From positions 1 through 44,576 of the IMG/VR virus record IMGVR_UViG_3300035037_000529: 44,576 nucleotides of DNA; one strand, 5' to 3'. This stretch comes from a virus. Its lineage: Duplodnaviria; Caudoviricetes. This document shows positions 35,619-44,569 of this stretch, in pieces. The translations under genes and the position numbers were made by a program. The notes beneath the pieces were generated by a model. It saw only the letters and a list, made by a program, of their open reading frames with translations, was not told the DNA's origin and did no database searches. Numbering within the stretch: position 1 is the first letter of the stretch; every line of letters begins with the position of its first letter.

Positions 35619-37496
35619 TTATAGCCAGCTTCCTTGTCGTTTTCTGATCCAGTCTTTTCGGGAATTATCCTGGCTTACTACCCGCTGATGCACTTTAATC
35701 GAGTCGTCCTTGCGGATATTCAGAGCCCTGATAATGTCGGCCGCGGCCACGGCATAAACTTCAGCGTCAAGATAATGATTGGCCACAGCGTCTTTTTTCT
35801 TGCGCCAGACCTCTTTGGCGCGGCCGGTATTCCTGTTCCTGACCAGGATTTTGTGTTCCGAAGTAAACTGCGACAGATAATCTTCTTTCGGATTACTGAA
35901 GATATGCCACTTACACGGATCACGCATTGTCACGAGGCGGTTGATCTTGTCTTTATACTGGCTCACATTCAGATTCCACAGAACCAGACCTCCCCGGATA
36001 ACACTGCCTGTCCTTGAATTGATATCTATCTTCGAAGCCCGATAGAAGCGGCCGCCGGTAATTTCTTCCTGCCCTTTGATAGCCTTTGTTTTATCCGACC
36101 ACTGACGGCAGAATCTGTAAACTTCATCCGTACAGTAACCCGAATCAACACAGCTCATATACACCGGTAAAGTTTCATTCGAGGATAGTTTTCTGTATTC
36201 GGTCTTAAAAAGAGCGTCTACAACATCTTCCCAATATTCAACCCGGTCGGCCCTGATAAGCCATGATTCCTCGTAGTATCCCCAGCCGCGAATAATGTAA
36301 TAAAAGTGGTCTTTCTGCACATCAACACCGGCGGTAAGTACAATAACATCATCGGGAACACTACCTTCGCCATAATCCCTGGATAAAGACCGTATCTTAT
36401 CAATGGTTGTTTCTTCAATTTTTTCTTCCCAGACCTCAGCAAGCCAGGAGTTAACAAAGTTCATCAATAGCTCGATATAATCTTTCGATTTAATAAACTC
36501 AGCGGCGATATCGCTCCATGACAGCCATGGGGAATAAAGGGAGTTGATCCAGAAACCCCGATGTGTGCTTTTAACGATATCACCAGAGATAGTTCCGTCA
36601 TCATCAAGCTCGGCGTCTTCCGGAACCCACTTGCCGCGGGTTAAGATCCTGTTTTTTTGATAATCTTTTATGCGTTTATTACAATGAAAGCACTCATACC
36701 AGGCAAGGCGTTCGTTTTTAATGCGCTCAGTTGATTTTTCTTTCTTAGGCCATTTGATCTGACCAAACAAGAGAACCTGATACTTACCGCAGTGCGGACA
36801 GGGCACATAATAGCGGCTTCGGTCTGATTTCTCATACTCACGAAATATGTAACCGTCCCTTGTGGTGGGAGTGGACACTTTAATCGTCTTTCTGTTCCAG
36901 AATGTTTTTTGACGTTCACTTGCAAGTTTTATCGGGTCAGCTTCACGGCCCGAAAACTTGGGGTATTTGTCTATCTCATCCAGGAAAAGATAACGGATAG
37001 GCCGGGAGGCAAGGTCAGCCGGTGAATTGGATCCGGCGAAGTATAAGATCATTCTGTCTAAATGATATTCCAGCCGTGTTATATCATCAGAAAGTCTCGG
37101 CAGATGTTCGCGCAGAGTATAAGAGCCTTCGATCATCGGCAGAACCCGGTTGCAGGAAACACTCTTGGCATCATTTTCGCGCGGCAAGACCACAAGCGTG
37201 GGGCCCGGATCCTGATCAATAATAAAACCGAGCATATTGAACATTGCCTCGGTCTTGCCGACCTGAGAAGCGGCTATAACGGTTATTTCTTCGACGAAAG
37301 GGTCAGTAAACGCGTCCATAACACCTTTAAGATAGGGCGTCCTCGAAGTTTTCCATCGACCCGGCTCAGCAGACGTAACCGGATTAAGATATCTATACCG
37401 ATCAGCCCACTGGCTGACTGTTATCTTTTCCGGGCGTTTCCACGCTTCCTTTTCCTGCGGCGTCCATATTTTTCTGTCTTGTTTTTTTGTGATCAT
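35619..37496 (-). CDS. terL: Terminase large subunit, lambda gpA family
   Basis: ASQVGKTE, LFLDEID, STPT, CPHC, AGVDVQ, NHYLDAEVYA. Confidence 0.95.
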   Translation of the reverse strand: MITKKQDRKIWTPQEKEAWKRPEKITVSQWADRYRYLNPVTSAEPGRWKTSRTPYLKGVMDAFTDPFVEEITVIAASQVGKTEAMFNMLGFIIDQDPGPTLVVLPRENDAKSVSCNRVLPMIEGSYTLREHLPRLSDDITRLEYHLDRMILYFAGSNSPADLASRPIRYLFLDEIDKYPKFSGREADPIKLASERQKTFWNRKTIKVSTPTTRDGYIFREYEKSDRSRYYVPCPHCGKYQVLLFGQIKWPKKEKSTERIKNERLAWYECFHCNKRIKDYQKNRILTRGKWVPEDAELDDDGTISGDIVKSTHRGFWINSLYSPWLSWSDIAAEFIKSKDYIELLMNFVNSWLAEVWEEKIEETTIDKIRSLSRDYGEGSVPDDVIVLTAGVDVQKDHFYYIIRGWGYYEESWLIRADRVEYWEDVVDALFKTEYRKLSSNETLPVYMSCVDSGYCTDEVYRFCRQWSDKTKAIKGQEEITGGRFYRASKIDINSRTGSVIRGGLVLWNLNVSQYKDKINRLVTMRDPCKWHIFSNPKEDYLSQFTSEHKILVRNRNTGRAKEVWRKKKDAVANHYLDAEVYAVAAADIIRALNIRKDDSIKVHQRVVSQDNSRKDWIRKRQGSWL

Positions 37497-38079
37497 GTCT
37501 TACCCCCGCGAATTCATCTATAATTTCACTAATCGCCTCATACAACTCAACTTCAATTTCTCTCGGCTCTTTCATGGCAAGAACCGGCGCCAGCCTTGTC
37601 GGCAGGGCAAGAAAGGATCTTTTTATAGCGATGATTCTCGCGATCCTTCCTTTTTCCACTTCATCCCGCGGCAAAAGCTCGCCGGTTACCCGTTTAAGTT
37701 CAAGCTCGAGTAATGACGCCTTATATTTCCTGAGCTTTGTCTCCCAGTAGATCTTGCCTTCGAACTCTTCCTCAGCATCACCGCTTCTGCCGTCGTGCCA
37801 TCTTTTTATTTCTTCAAGATCATAATAGCCGTCTTTTGTTACAGGCATACCTTCGCGCTTCCAGCGATAAACCGTGCGCCAGTTAACTTCCATGATCTTG
37901 GCAACTTCCTCAATCGTTTTGACAGTAGTGTCACCAAGAGGCTCCGACTCAAAGTCCTCAAGCTCTTTTATCTCCTGCTTTGAAAGCGGTGTTCCGCTGT
38001 GCAGTTTCTCAATCAAATGCAGGTATCTTTTCTTGCGGGCGATCTCGGCTAAATTCTGGTTTTTATTCTGATCCGTCAC
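37402..38079 (-). CDS. terS: Terminase small subunit (Nu1-like)
   Basis: wHTH (EEVAKIMEVNWRTVYRWKREGMP..G.YDL) plus coiled-coil GELL..EV...LALPTRLAP. Overlaps terL. Confidence 0.85.
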   Translation of the reverse strand: MTDQNKNQNLAEIARKKRYLHLIEKLHSGTPLSKQEIKELEDFESEPLGDTTVKTIEEVAKIMEVNWRTVYRWKREGMPVTKDGYYDLEEIKRWHDGRSGDAEEEFEGKIYWETKLRKYKASLLELELKRVTGELLPRDEVEKGRIARIIAIKRSFLALPTRLAPVLAMKEPREIEVELYEAISEIIDEFAGVRHDHKKTRQKNMDAAGKGSVETPGKDNSQPVG

Positions 38080-39380
38080 TTACGACCCTCCCGTACTGCT
38101 TTCTTACCGGAAAACTCTTCCCAGCGTTTAACCGTAACATCACAAAACACAGGTTCAACCTCCATAGCGAATACTCGCCTGTTAAGACGTTCTCCGGCAA
38201 TAATCTGAGAGCCGGATCCGCAAAATGGCTCATAACATATCTCACCGGGCGCGGTATGTACTCTCATGGGGATAGCAAAGACCTCGGTTGGTTTAACCGT
38301 GGGATGATTGATGCCGGTATTTCTTTTTTTACCTTCCCAGTCAAGCTCCCAAAGATCGGTGTAGTATTCCGGCTTTGCGGGATCGCCGGATCGGATCAAA
38401 TCAATAGTCCAGACACTTCCAATCGCCTTATTTTTAGGCTTATACGGCGGTTTATTCCCACGCACCCACATCAGAAGACACGGCTCATGCCTCCATGAAT
38501 AAAACGAATAGGTGAGAATAGCGCAGGGCTTCACCCAGATGATCTGCTGGTGGATAAGCAAGTTGAGAGCATCACAAACCTCTTCGATCATTGCCCGGCG
38601 TTTTGAGGCATGCCACAGGTAAAGAGCGGTATTCTCTTTGATGTGTTTAAGCCCTACATCATAAAATGATTTAACAAATACCTTCGCGTCCGGGATATCG
38701 ATTTCATGATAAACCCCGGACCAATCCTTCCCGCCGGTAGGTCTGTCGGCCCCGGTGTAGTCAACACAGTATGGAGGGTCAGTAGCAAACAGGCTTGCCT
38801 TTTGTCCTTCCATGAGCCTGGCGACGTCTTCATCGCTGGTGGAATCCCCGCACAAAAGTCGGTGTTCTCCTAAAATCCACATATCACCTTTCTTGGTGAT
38901 CGGCTTTTCCGGCGGTTCGGGGATGTCATCCGGAAGAGTCTTGCCAGCACCTGTATTCTCAGTTTCAAATTCCGCTACTTCTTCACGCAGTTCTTTCATC
39001 CGAAGTGCCAGGTAATCGTCCGCGGCCTCGGTGCGCAGTTTTTCAAGAAGTGGAATAAGTGCCTCAGTCCAGGTTCCGGCAATCTGTTGGGAATTAAGCG
39101 TCACGTTCATGGCCATCTCAGAAACTTCATCAAGGTCGACCATGATAGCGGTAACCTTTTCAACTCCAGACTGCTGTAAAATCTTATACCGCTGGTGGCC
39201 TGAGATGATCCGCATGTTGCGCTTATTGACTACCAGAAGATCCACCAGCCCGAACTTCTCCAACGAGTGCCTGAGACCCGTAAGAGCCGCGTCCGAGATT
39301 TCCCTTGGGTTGTACGGCGCCGGTTTCAATACTGACATTTTGACATCACAAATGTCAGGTTTTACGTTAATTTTTGCCAT
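38076..39380 (-). CDS. ParB-like N-terminal domain + N4/N6 DNA methyltransferase
   Basis: PAPYNPR...SGHQR (ParB/Srx), HRLLCGDS, TDPPY, HPTVKP, EPFCGSGS. Confidence 0.92.
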   Translation of the reverse strand: MAKINVKPDICDVKMSVLKPAPYNPREISDAALTGLRHSLEKFGLVDLLVVNKRNMRIISGHQRYKILQQSGVEKVTAIMVDLDEVSEMAMNVTLNSQQIAGTWTEALIPLLEKLRTEAADDYLALRMKELREEVAEFETENTGAGKTLPDDIPEPPEKPITKKGDMWILGEHRLLCGDSTSDEDVARLMEGQKASLFATDPPYCVDYTGADRPTGGKDWSGVYHEIDIPDAKVFVKSFYDVGLKHIKENTALYLWHASKRRAMIEEVCDALNLLIHQQIIWVKPCAILTYSFYSWRHEPCLLMWVRGNKPPYKPKNKAIGSVWTIDLIRSGDPAKPEYYTDLWELDWEGKKRNTGINHPTVKPTEVFAIPMRVHTAPGEICYEPFCGSGSQIIAGERLNRRVFAMEVEPVFCDVTVKRWEEFSGKKAVREGRK

Positions 39381-39529
39381 TTTCTCCTCCTTTTGACCAT
39401 AATTGTAATTGTCGTAACTCCTTTATTTACAGCGTATTTCAAGCGGGTTGCCCCCTGGGAGCCGCTTTCAGGTCGTACCTGAACCACTATTGTCCCTGAC
39501 ATCGTTTTTTTACCTCAAAATCACTGACA

Positions 39530-39578
39530 AACTGCGCCTCACCTGACCCTCGCCGCACACCCGCCCTGGAAGGACCCG
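39530..39578 (-). other. Putative cos packaging site
   Basis: CGGGTCCTT, matching lambda cosQ GGGTCCT at 39571-39577, followed by a G-rich segment and CGCAGTTT. Intergenic, upstream of the methylase-terS-terL block. Confidence 0.55.
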
Positions 39579-39585
39579 CGCATCT

Positions 39586-40050
39586 CTACCAAATAATGCC
39601 CATTCCCATAAGCACATAAGCAAGCTGGATTCCACAGAAAAGACCGAAAAAACCTTCACATACCTTCCATACAAATATGTTCGCGGTACATTTTGTGTTC
39701 GAGAGCAGGAAGAGGGTAATGAATGCCAAAGCGGTGAATATATTCCACACCGACAGTCCAACCGGGATTGTAATCAACGCATAAGCCAGCCCAACCAGCG
39801 CTCTCTGCCACCATGTCTTGCCCTCCCCATAGCCTAAAGAATATCCCGCACCGGCTATCGCGCCCACCAGCACAGCCTTCCACCAGACAATACCGGCAAT
39901 AAAACAGGCCAATATATACACAGCGGGCAGGATAAACCTGCGCCAGCCTTTCCATCCCGGTATTTCTTCGGATATTTGTGTGCCTCCAAGAGCGAATAAG
40001 AGCCAGCTTACAGCCGGAACAAACACCATAAATAATTCTTTATTCAGCAT
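39586..40050 (-). CDS. Multi-pass membrane protein
   Basis: 154 aa, mostly hydrophobic segments; GGAGG RBS. Confidence 0.75.
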   Translation of the reverse strand: MLNKELFMVFVPAVSWLLFALGGTQISEEIPGWKGWRRFILPAVYILACFIAGIVWWKAVLVGAIAGAGYSLGYGEGKTWWQRALVGLAYALITIPVGLSVWNIFTALAFITLFLLSNTKCTANIFVWKVCEGFFGLFCGIQLAYVLMGMGIIW

Positions 40051-40052
40051 GT

Positions 40053-40844
40053 CTAACCTCCCGTGATTTGTTTTAATATATCCGCAAACCTGCCGATGCC
40101 CTGTTTTTTAAATTCTTTGCCTTTCTTTTCATTCATGTTGGCGAAAAAAGACGCGCTTTCCATTTTAAGAACTTTAATAAACCAGGGGTAAGGGTCACGA
40201 ATACTGTTCTTGTCTTTCTTGTATTGCTCACAAATCTTAATCAGAACGTCATCCGGGATATTTTCGTCTTTGCGCCATTTAGCGTCTTTCTTGAATTTAT
40301 TTATAAGCTGATAAATATTAAATCCCTGGCTGTATACCTGTTCCATCAATCCTTTGGCTTTGGAAGAAAGATCATCGTCTGTTCCGGCCTGTTTATTAAC
40401 TCTCTCTTTTCCATTCTCTTTTCCATCCCCATCCCCATTCCCAACTGAGATATTCGTAGCGTACCCGTTCGTTAACGGTTGCTTAACGGTTAAGAGTTCT
40501 TTAGGAACAGGTGGTATAACGCTCTCACGTTCTGTCTTGTGGGGTTTCTGGTGTTTCTGCCAGTTGATTATCTGATAATACCGCTCGCCATCGATTTCAT
40601 ACCGGATAATAAACGGACGCTTGCCGTTTTTCTTGGGACAGGCGAGAATCCGCATGATTTCTTCGGCATCAACCTCATCATAAGGCATGATCTCTATCTT
40701 AAGCCTCTCCGGGCGGTCCTCACCGCGGCCCTCACGGTCAGCCTGCACCCATAACCCCTGATAAAACAGCCTGGCCTCAAAAGACAATTCTTTTATATCT
40801 TCATCTTTGAAGAAATCCGGTTTTAAATATCTGATCCGCGCCAT
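40053..40844 (-). CDS. Phage replication initiator / replisome-organiser-like protein
   Basis: MARIRYLKPDFF.DE....LS..ARL.Y.GLW..ADREGR N-terminal domain, NWQKHQK, low-complexity linker. Confidence 0.72.
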   Translation of the reverse strand: MARIRYLKPDFFKDEDIKELSFEARLFYQGLWVQADREGRGEDRPERLKIEIMPYDEVDAEEIMRILACPKKNGKRPFIIRYEIDGERYYQIINWQKHQKPHKTERESVIPPVPKELLTVKQPLTNGYATNISVGNGDGDGKENGKERVNKQAGTDDDLSSKAKGLMEQVYSQGFNIYQLINKFKKDAKWRKDENIPDDVLIKICEQYKKDKNSIRDPYPWFIKVLKMESASFFANMNEKKGKEFKKQGIGRFADILKQITGG

Positions 40845-40849
40845 AATCT

Positions 40850-41074
40850 TTATTTCGTCCTTATATATTCATACCAGGCCATGTTACCTTTTAAATTCCT
40901 CTTAACGCATTCATCCTTATCCAGTTTGCGGATTATGCCTTCCCGGACAAAATCCCTGATCGTTCTTTCGGCCCGCAGATAATAATTCCTGCTTTCATAA
41001 GCGATGACATCAGCTTTTGAAAAAACGCTTTTCTGCCTGCACCAGGCCAGTAATTCTTTTCTTTTGTTGACCAT
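40850..41074 (-). CDS. Small hypothetical protein (wHTH-like)
   Basis: Start re-called at 41074 after GGAGGTG. RAERTIRDFVREGIIRK. Confidence 0.6.
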   Translation of the reverse strand: MVNKRKELLAWCRQKSVFSKADVIAYESRNYYLRAERTIRDFVREGIIRKLDKDECVKRNLKGNMAWYEYIRTK

Positions 41075-41098
41075 TTTTGTCACCTCCCGATTATTGGC

Positions 41099-41416
41099 TC
41101 ATCTCATCCATCTGAAGAAACCCCACAGAGCCAGAAAAAAGTAAACAACGAACAAAAACGCCTGAGCGTATAATTTCTTACGAAAATCTATAACGGCCCA
41201 GCAGGCGTTAGTGAACATCCATAAAGCAAACCCGGCCGGGTTCTTCTGCACATTCAAAATGACGCCGGTTATTGAAAGCCCTGCCAGAAACCACATCATT
41301 ATTTCCGCGCAAACCTTCGTATCCTTGCCGAACGGACGGTTCGCTTCAATGAACCTGCGGCGGTTATACCAGTTCTGCTTTTTGTATAAGTCTTTCCATC
41401 CTTTATTGACCTTCAT
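41099..41416 (-). CDS. Small membrane protein with PnuC-like C-terminal half
   Basis: LSITGVILN..K...F.LW..TN..W........Y.QA.LF.VY..LA.WG..RW. Start re-called at 41416 after AAGGAG. Confidence 0.6.
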   Translation of the reverse strand: MKVNKGWKDLYKKQNWYNRRRFIEANRPFGKDTKVCAEIMMWFLAGLSITGVILNVQKNPAGFALWMFTNACWAVIDFRKKLYAQAFLFVVYFFLALWGFFRWMR

Positions 41417-41696
41417 CTGAGCTCCTTTCCTTGCGCTTGGGAACACGCTCAACGATAAATAAATCTTCACCAACGCTTTCCGTGGCGCATTCGGTAAAAA
41501 CACTTGCCAGGAGAGCGCCGACCTCATCGGTAACATGGATAACAACGCGGTGTCCGGACATGAGAAATGAGCCGTCCATTTTTACCCGGGCTTTTCCGAA
41601 AACCCCGCGCGCCGCGCGCATGGCCGCTTCCATTTGCTCACGGATTAGGCTCTTATCGATCCTCTCGTCAAACTCGAACTTATATACGAATTCCAT
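41403..41696 (-). CDS. Hypothetical early protein
   Basis: Start re-called at 41696 after GAGGAGG; directly downstream of the sigma gene. Confidence 0.65.
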   Translation of the reverse strand: MEFVYKFEFDERIDKSLIREQMEAAMRAARGVFGKARVKMDGSFLMSGHRVVIHVTDEVGALLASVFTECATESVGEDLFIVERVPKRKERSSDEGQ

Positions 41697-41710
41697 TTGA
41701 AACCTCCTCA

Positions 41711-42280
41711 TCATCTTAAAAACTCCTCAAGTCCCGCTCTTTTAAATACCTCACGAATACGTTTCATCTCATCCTGAAGCGTTGATTTCGGCATGTTCAT
41801 TTTTTCACCGACCTGTTTCTGATTCATCCCTTCGGATAAATACCGGCATATTTGTTTTTGCCGAAAAGAAAGGTTGGTTGTAACCTTTGCCAAAACTTCA
41901 GGAAGAGATTCTTCTGTTATTTTTGAAATTACCTGTTCCTCATCCATTAGTGCTTTCTCCTTAGCGTTTACCGAATGTGTCTCTTCCATAGCGTCAAGCG
42001 ACTCGCTCAAATAAAAAACTTTACGTTTATTCCTTCGCTTAAACTTGATAAGATCTGCTATCTTATTTCGTGTAATCCTATTTAGAAAGGTTCGCTCAGA
42101 TGCTCCTGATTCCGGACGATACTGATCTTTCATGAAAAACCAGTGAACCAAACATTCCTGCATGAGGTCTTCAAAACTTTCGTCTCTGAGACATGCATAA
42201 TCCTGTTGAGCGCATCTGATAAGACAGCGCACTTCCCGTATTTCCCATCCCTGAAATAGACCTCTGTAATTTTGGCTGAT
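41711..42280 (-). CDS. ECF-like sigma-70 family factor
   Basis: Region 2 EDLMQE...TFLNRITRNKIADL, region 4 LSFRQKQI..YLSEGMNQKQVGEKM. Start is either GTG 42232 or ATC 42280. Confidence 0.85.
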   Translation of the reverse strand: MSQNYRGLFQGWEIREVRCLIRCAQQDYACLRDESFEDLMQECLVHWFFMKDQYRPESGASERTFLNRITRNKIADLIKFKRRNKRKVFYLSESLDAMEETHSVNAKEKALMDEEQVISKITEESLPEVLAKVTTNLSFRQKQICRYLSEGMNQKQVGEKMNMPKSTLQDEMKRIREVFKRAGLEEFLR

Positions 42281-42322
42281 AGAGACACCTCGCTATCTGA
42301 AAGTGTCCGGAAAGCCTCCCAT

Positions 42323-42559
42323 TCAATTGCGCGCGCGGCCGGTTTGCGGCCGTTTTTCTCGAGTAAGTGGTTTGCGTCCGGATAACTCATCGGGCGTAGG
42401 CTCTCTTTTTAAGATTCCTCTTAATACAGCTTCCACGGCTTCAAGTATTTTCTGGTTCTGTATCTTTCGGGCCACACCCTCCAGGGGCTTTTCCGAATAC
42501 AGAACGCTGAATCCTTGCTTAAACCGATTTTCAAAATTAGATTTTTGCCTGTCACCCAT
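42323..42559 (-). CDS. Small hypothetical protein, first gene of the leftward operon; paralog of 1265-1498
   Basis: 78 aa with GAGGG RBS and GILKREPTPDELSG motif. Confidence 0.72.
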   Translation of the reverse strand: MGDRQKSNFENRFKQGFSVLYSEKPLEGVARKIQNQKILEAVEAVLRGILKREPTPDELSGRKPLTREKRPQTGRARN

Positions 42560-42574
42560 AACATCCCTCTACAT

Positions 42575-42664
42575 GCTACATACGACGACTTTTGGAAAAG
42601 TGCCGGAAAAAAATCAAAAAAAATAAAAAAAACCGGCACACTGTCGGAAATCGTCGTATATAGC
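42575..42664. promoter_or_regulatory. Back-to-back bipartite boxes CCGGCAC-N11-TCGTCGTATRTAGC (candidate divergent ECF-type promoters)
   Basis: Minus copy at 42575-42606 and plus copy at 42633-42664, separated by a 26-bp A-rich tract. Confidence 0.65.
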
Positions 42665-42813
42665 TATAGGGAGTGTGAGCTTATGATCTCCGGGCAGAGC
42701 CTCGCTAACGTCTTGTAATAGCTTGACTTGTGATACCTTCTATTATAGGGTTGGGGCGCGACTGGGGAGCGTCATAATTGCCAGCAGGGCACATAAACCG
42801 TAAGGATGGTGAA

Positions 42814-44508
42814 ATGACACAAATTATCAGATCAAAAGAGAAAAAAAGATTCGTTATCTATACCCGGTGTTCTACCGATGACCAGGCCCAGGGCGATTTC
42901 ACTACCCTGGACGCACAGGCATACCACTGCAAAAACATGCTGGACGCCTTCGGATACGAACTCTCGGATATCGGAAAGAAAGGTGTGGTTAATGATGACG
43001 GATATTCAGGCAAAGACCTGAACCGGCCGGGTATACAAACGATCCTTTCTCAGGTAAAGAAAAAAGCTCACGCGAATGATACGCGGCCGTTTGACGGGAT
43101 TATCTTCTTTCGGCTCGACCGCTTAACACGCAACCCGCGGGATCTGTATTCTCTGATAGATACTTTCAGGGATACTGATATCGATTTTATATCTGTCCGG
43201 GAAAACCTCGACAGCTCAACAGCCATCGGGCGTGTGGTTATTGGAATTCTGGGATTGCTCTCTGCTTTTGAAAGAGAACTGACAGGTGAGCGAGTAAAAG
43301 CCTCCGCAATTGCCCGGGTGCGTCAGGGCAAATGGGTAGGCGGATTTTTGTCATATGGATATAAACTGATAAAAGACGGCGATCCTTTACCAAACGGCAG
43401 GCAACCTCACAAGGTCGTACTGGATGAGGAAATCGCGCCTAAGTTGAGGCTTATCTGGGAAATGGCCGCGGAGAATAAATCTCTTATGGAAATCGGTCAG
43501 GAATTAACCCGCCGGGACATAAAAACACGTAACGGCAAGGTTTGGCGAAAACAATCCCTTTCAACAATGATCAAAAACCCTTTTTATAAAGGATATCTTT
43601 CATACGCCAATGAACTGCATAAGGGAAATCATGAGGCCCTGGTTGAACCCGCGCTCTGGGAAAAGGCAAACAAAATGCTTGTCGCCAGACTGCCCGGACA
43701 CGGGTTCAGCCGAAAACCGAAATCATACGATTATTTATTAAGTGGATTATTACGATGCGGAAAATGCGGGAGCCACCTTATCTCGATATCCAATAAGGGG
43801 CGATCGGGAAGGAAATTTCCGTATTACATCTGCGGACGGTCGAAACAAAAACTCGGATGTGATGAATTGAGTATCCCTGCAAAAATATTCGATAAAGCTT
43901 TAATAGATTATTTTCGCAAAGCATCAGAGAACCGGGAAATCATCATTAAAGGGATAGGCGATGCCATGCGTGAGGCCCAGCTGATGGCCGGGCGTATAGA
44001 CACACTGATAAATGAAACCGAATCAAAACTGAATGAGTGCCATCACGAAGCCAAGACGCTTCTTGATCTGGCAATGAGCGGCACAGTAACCAAAGGCGCC
44101 GCGTATAAAACTAAAATGTGTGAACTTGATAATATGATCGTGGCTCTGGAAGATAAACTGACAAAGCTCCGGACACAAAAGACCGCCAATGACATGACAG
44201 CCAACTCAGGCAACTACCTGCACGAAACCCTGCAATTTGCCATGGAGCACCTCGACAAAGCCCCTGCAGATGCCCAGAAAAACCTCATAAATGCCCTGGT
44301 TAAAGAGATCGTGATCCATAAAGAGGTTATAAACATTAAAATGTATCTGGGAGATCCTGAAGAAACCCTGCAGGCCGATATTAACGATTGTGAACGCGAT
44401 ACCGGCCCCATAAAAAAGAACTGCCCTGTTCCGGGAATAAACCAGAACAGGGCAGTAACCAACCAGACGCTTGGTGCGTCTGTTCGTCAACAATGGCTCC
44501 TCGGGTAG
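42814..44508 (+). CDS. Large serine recombinase (integrase)
   Basis: YTRCST catalytic Ser, RLDRLTRN, FERE...ER, recombinase domain, LLSGLLRCGKCG...YYIC zinc ribbon and coiled-coil. Stop codon lies inside the tRNA. Start is ATG 42814 or TTG 42778. Confidence 0.95.
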   Translation: MTQIIRSKEKKRFVIYTRCSTDDQAQGDFTTLDAQAYHCKNMLDAFGYELSDIGKKGVVNDDGYSGKDLNRPGIQTILSQVKKKAHANDTRPFDGIIFFRLDRLTRNPRDLYSLIDTFRDTDIDFISVRENLDSSTAIGRVVIGILGLLSAFERELTGERVKASAIARVRQGKWVGGFLSYGYKLIKDGDPLPNGRQPHKVVLDEEIAPKLRLIWEMAAENKSLMEIGQELTRRDIKTRNGKVWRKQSLSTMIKNPFYKGYLSYANELHKGNHEALVEPALWEKANKMLVARLPGHGFSRKPKSYDYLLSGLLRCGKCGSHLISISNKGRSGRKFPYYICGRSKQKLGCDELSIPAKIFDKALIDYFRKASENREIIIKGIGDAMREAQLMAGRIDTLINETESKLNECHHEAKTLLDLAMSGTVTKGAAYKTKMCELDNMIVALEDKLTKLRTQKTANDMTANSGNYLHETLQFAMEHLDKAPADAQKNLINALVKEIVIHKEVINIKMYLGDPEETLQADINDCERDTGPIKKNCPVPGINQNRAVTNQTLGASVRQQWLLG

Positions 44509-44514
44509 GACTCG
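44494..44514. other. Right attachment site within the tRNA 3' end
   Basis: TGGCTCC core plus GGACTCG box shared with 117-137. Confidence 0.85.
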
Positions 44515-44569
44515 AACCTACGACCTAGTGGTTAACAGCCACCCGCTCCACCAACTGAGCTACCGAGGA
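44494..44569 (-). tRNA. tRNA-Asn(GTT)
   Basis: 76-nt cloverleaf TCCTCGG...CTGTTAA anticodon loop...GGTTCGAGTCC...CCGAGGA-G-CCA. Confidence 0.97.

Larger units (their letters stand above)
117..44500. mobile_element. Lambda-like temperate prophage integrated at the tRNA-Asn 3' end, carrying a defence cargo island
   Basis: TGGCTCC direct repeat at 117-123 and 44494-44500 (tRNA CCA end). Large serine recombinase abuts the tRNA. Terminase, portal, capsid and tail genes are present in canonical order. Confidence 0.92.

Noticed and set aside
42683-42718. 11-codon mini-ORF (MISGQSLANVL) with RBS-like GGGAG upstream of the integrase
   Set aside because: Too short to support. It could be a leader peptide or gene relic, but nothing in the sequence distinguishes it from chance.
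42723-42751. TTGACT-17-TAGGGT sigma70-like promoter for the integrase
   Set aside because: The -10 match is weak, so it was not called as a feature.
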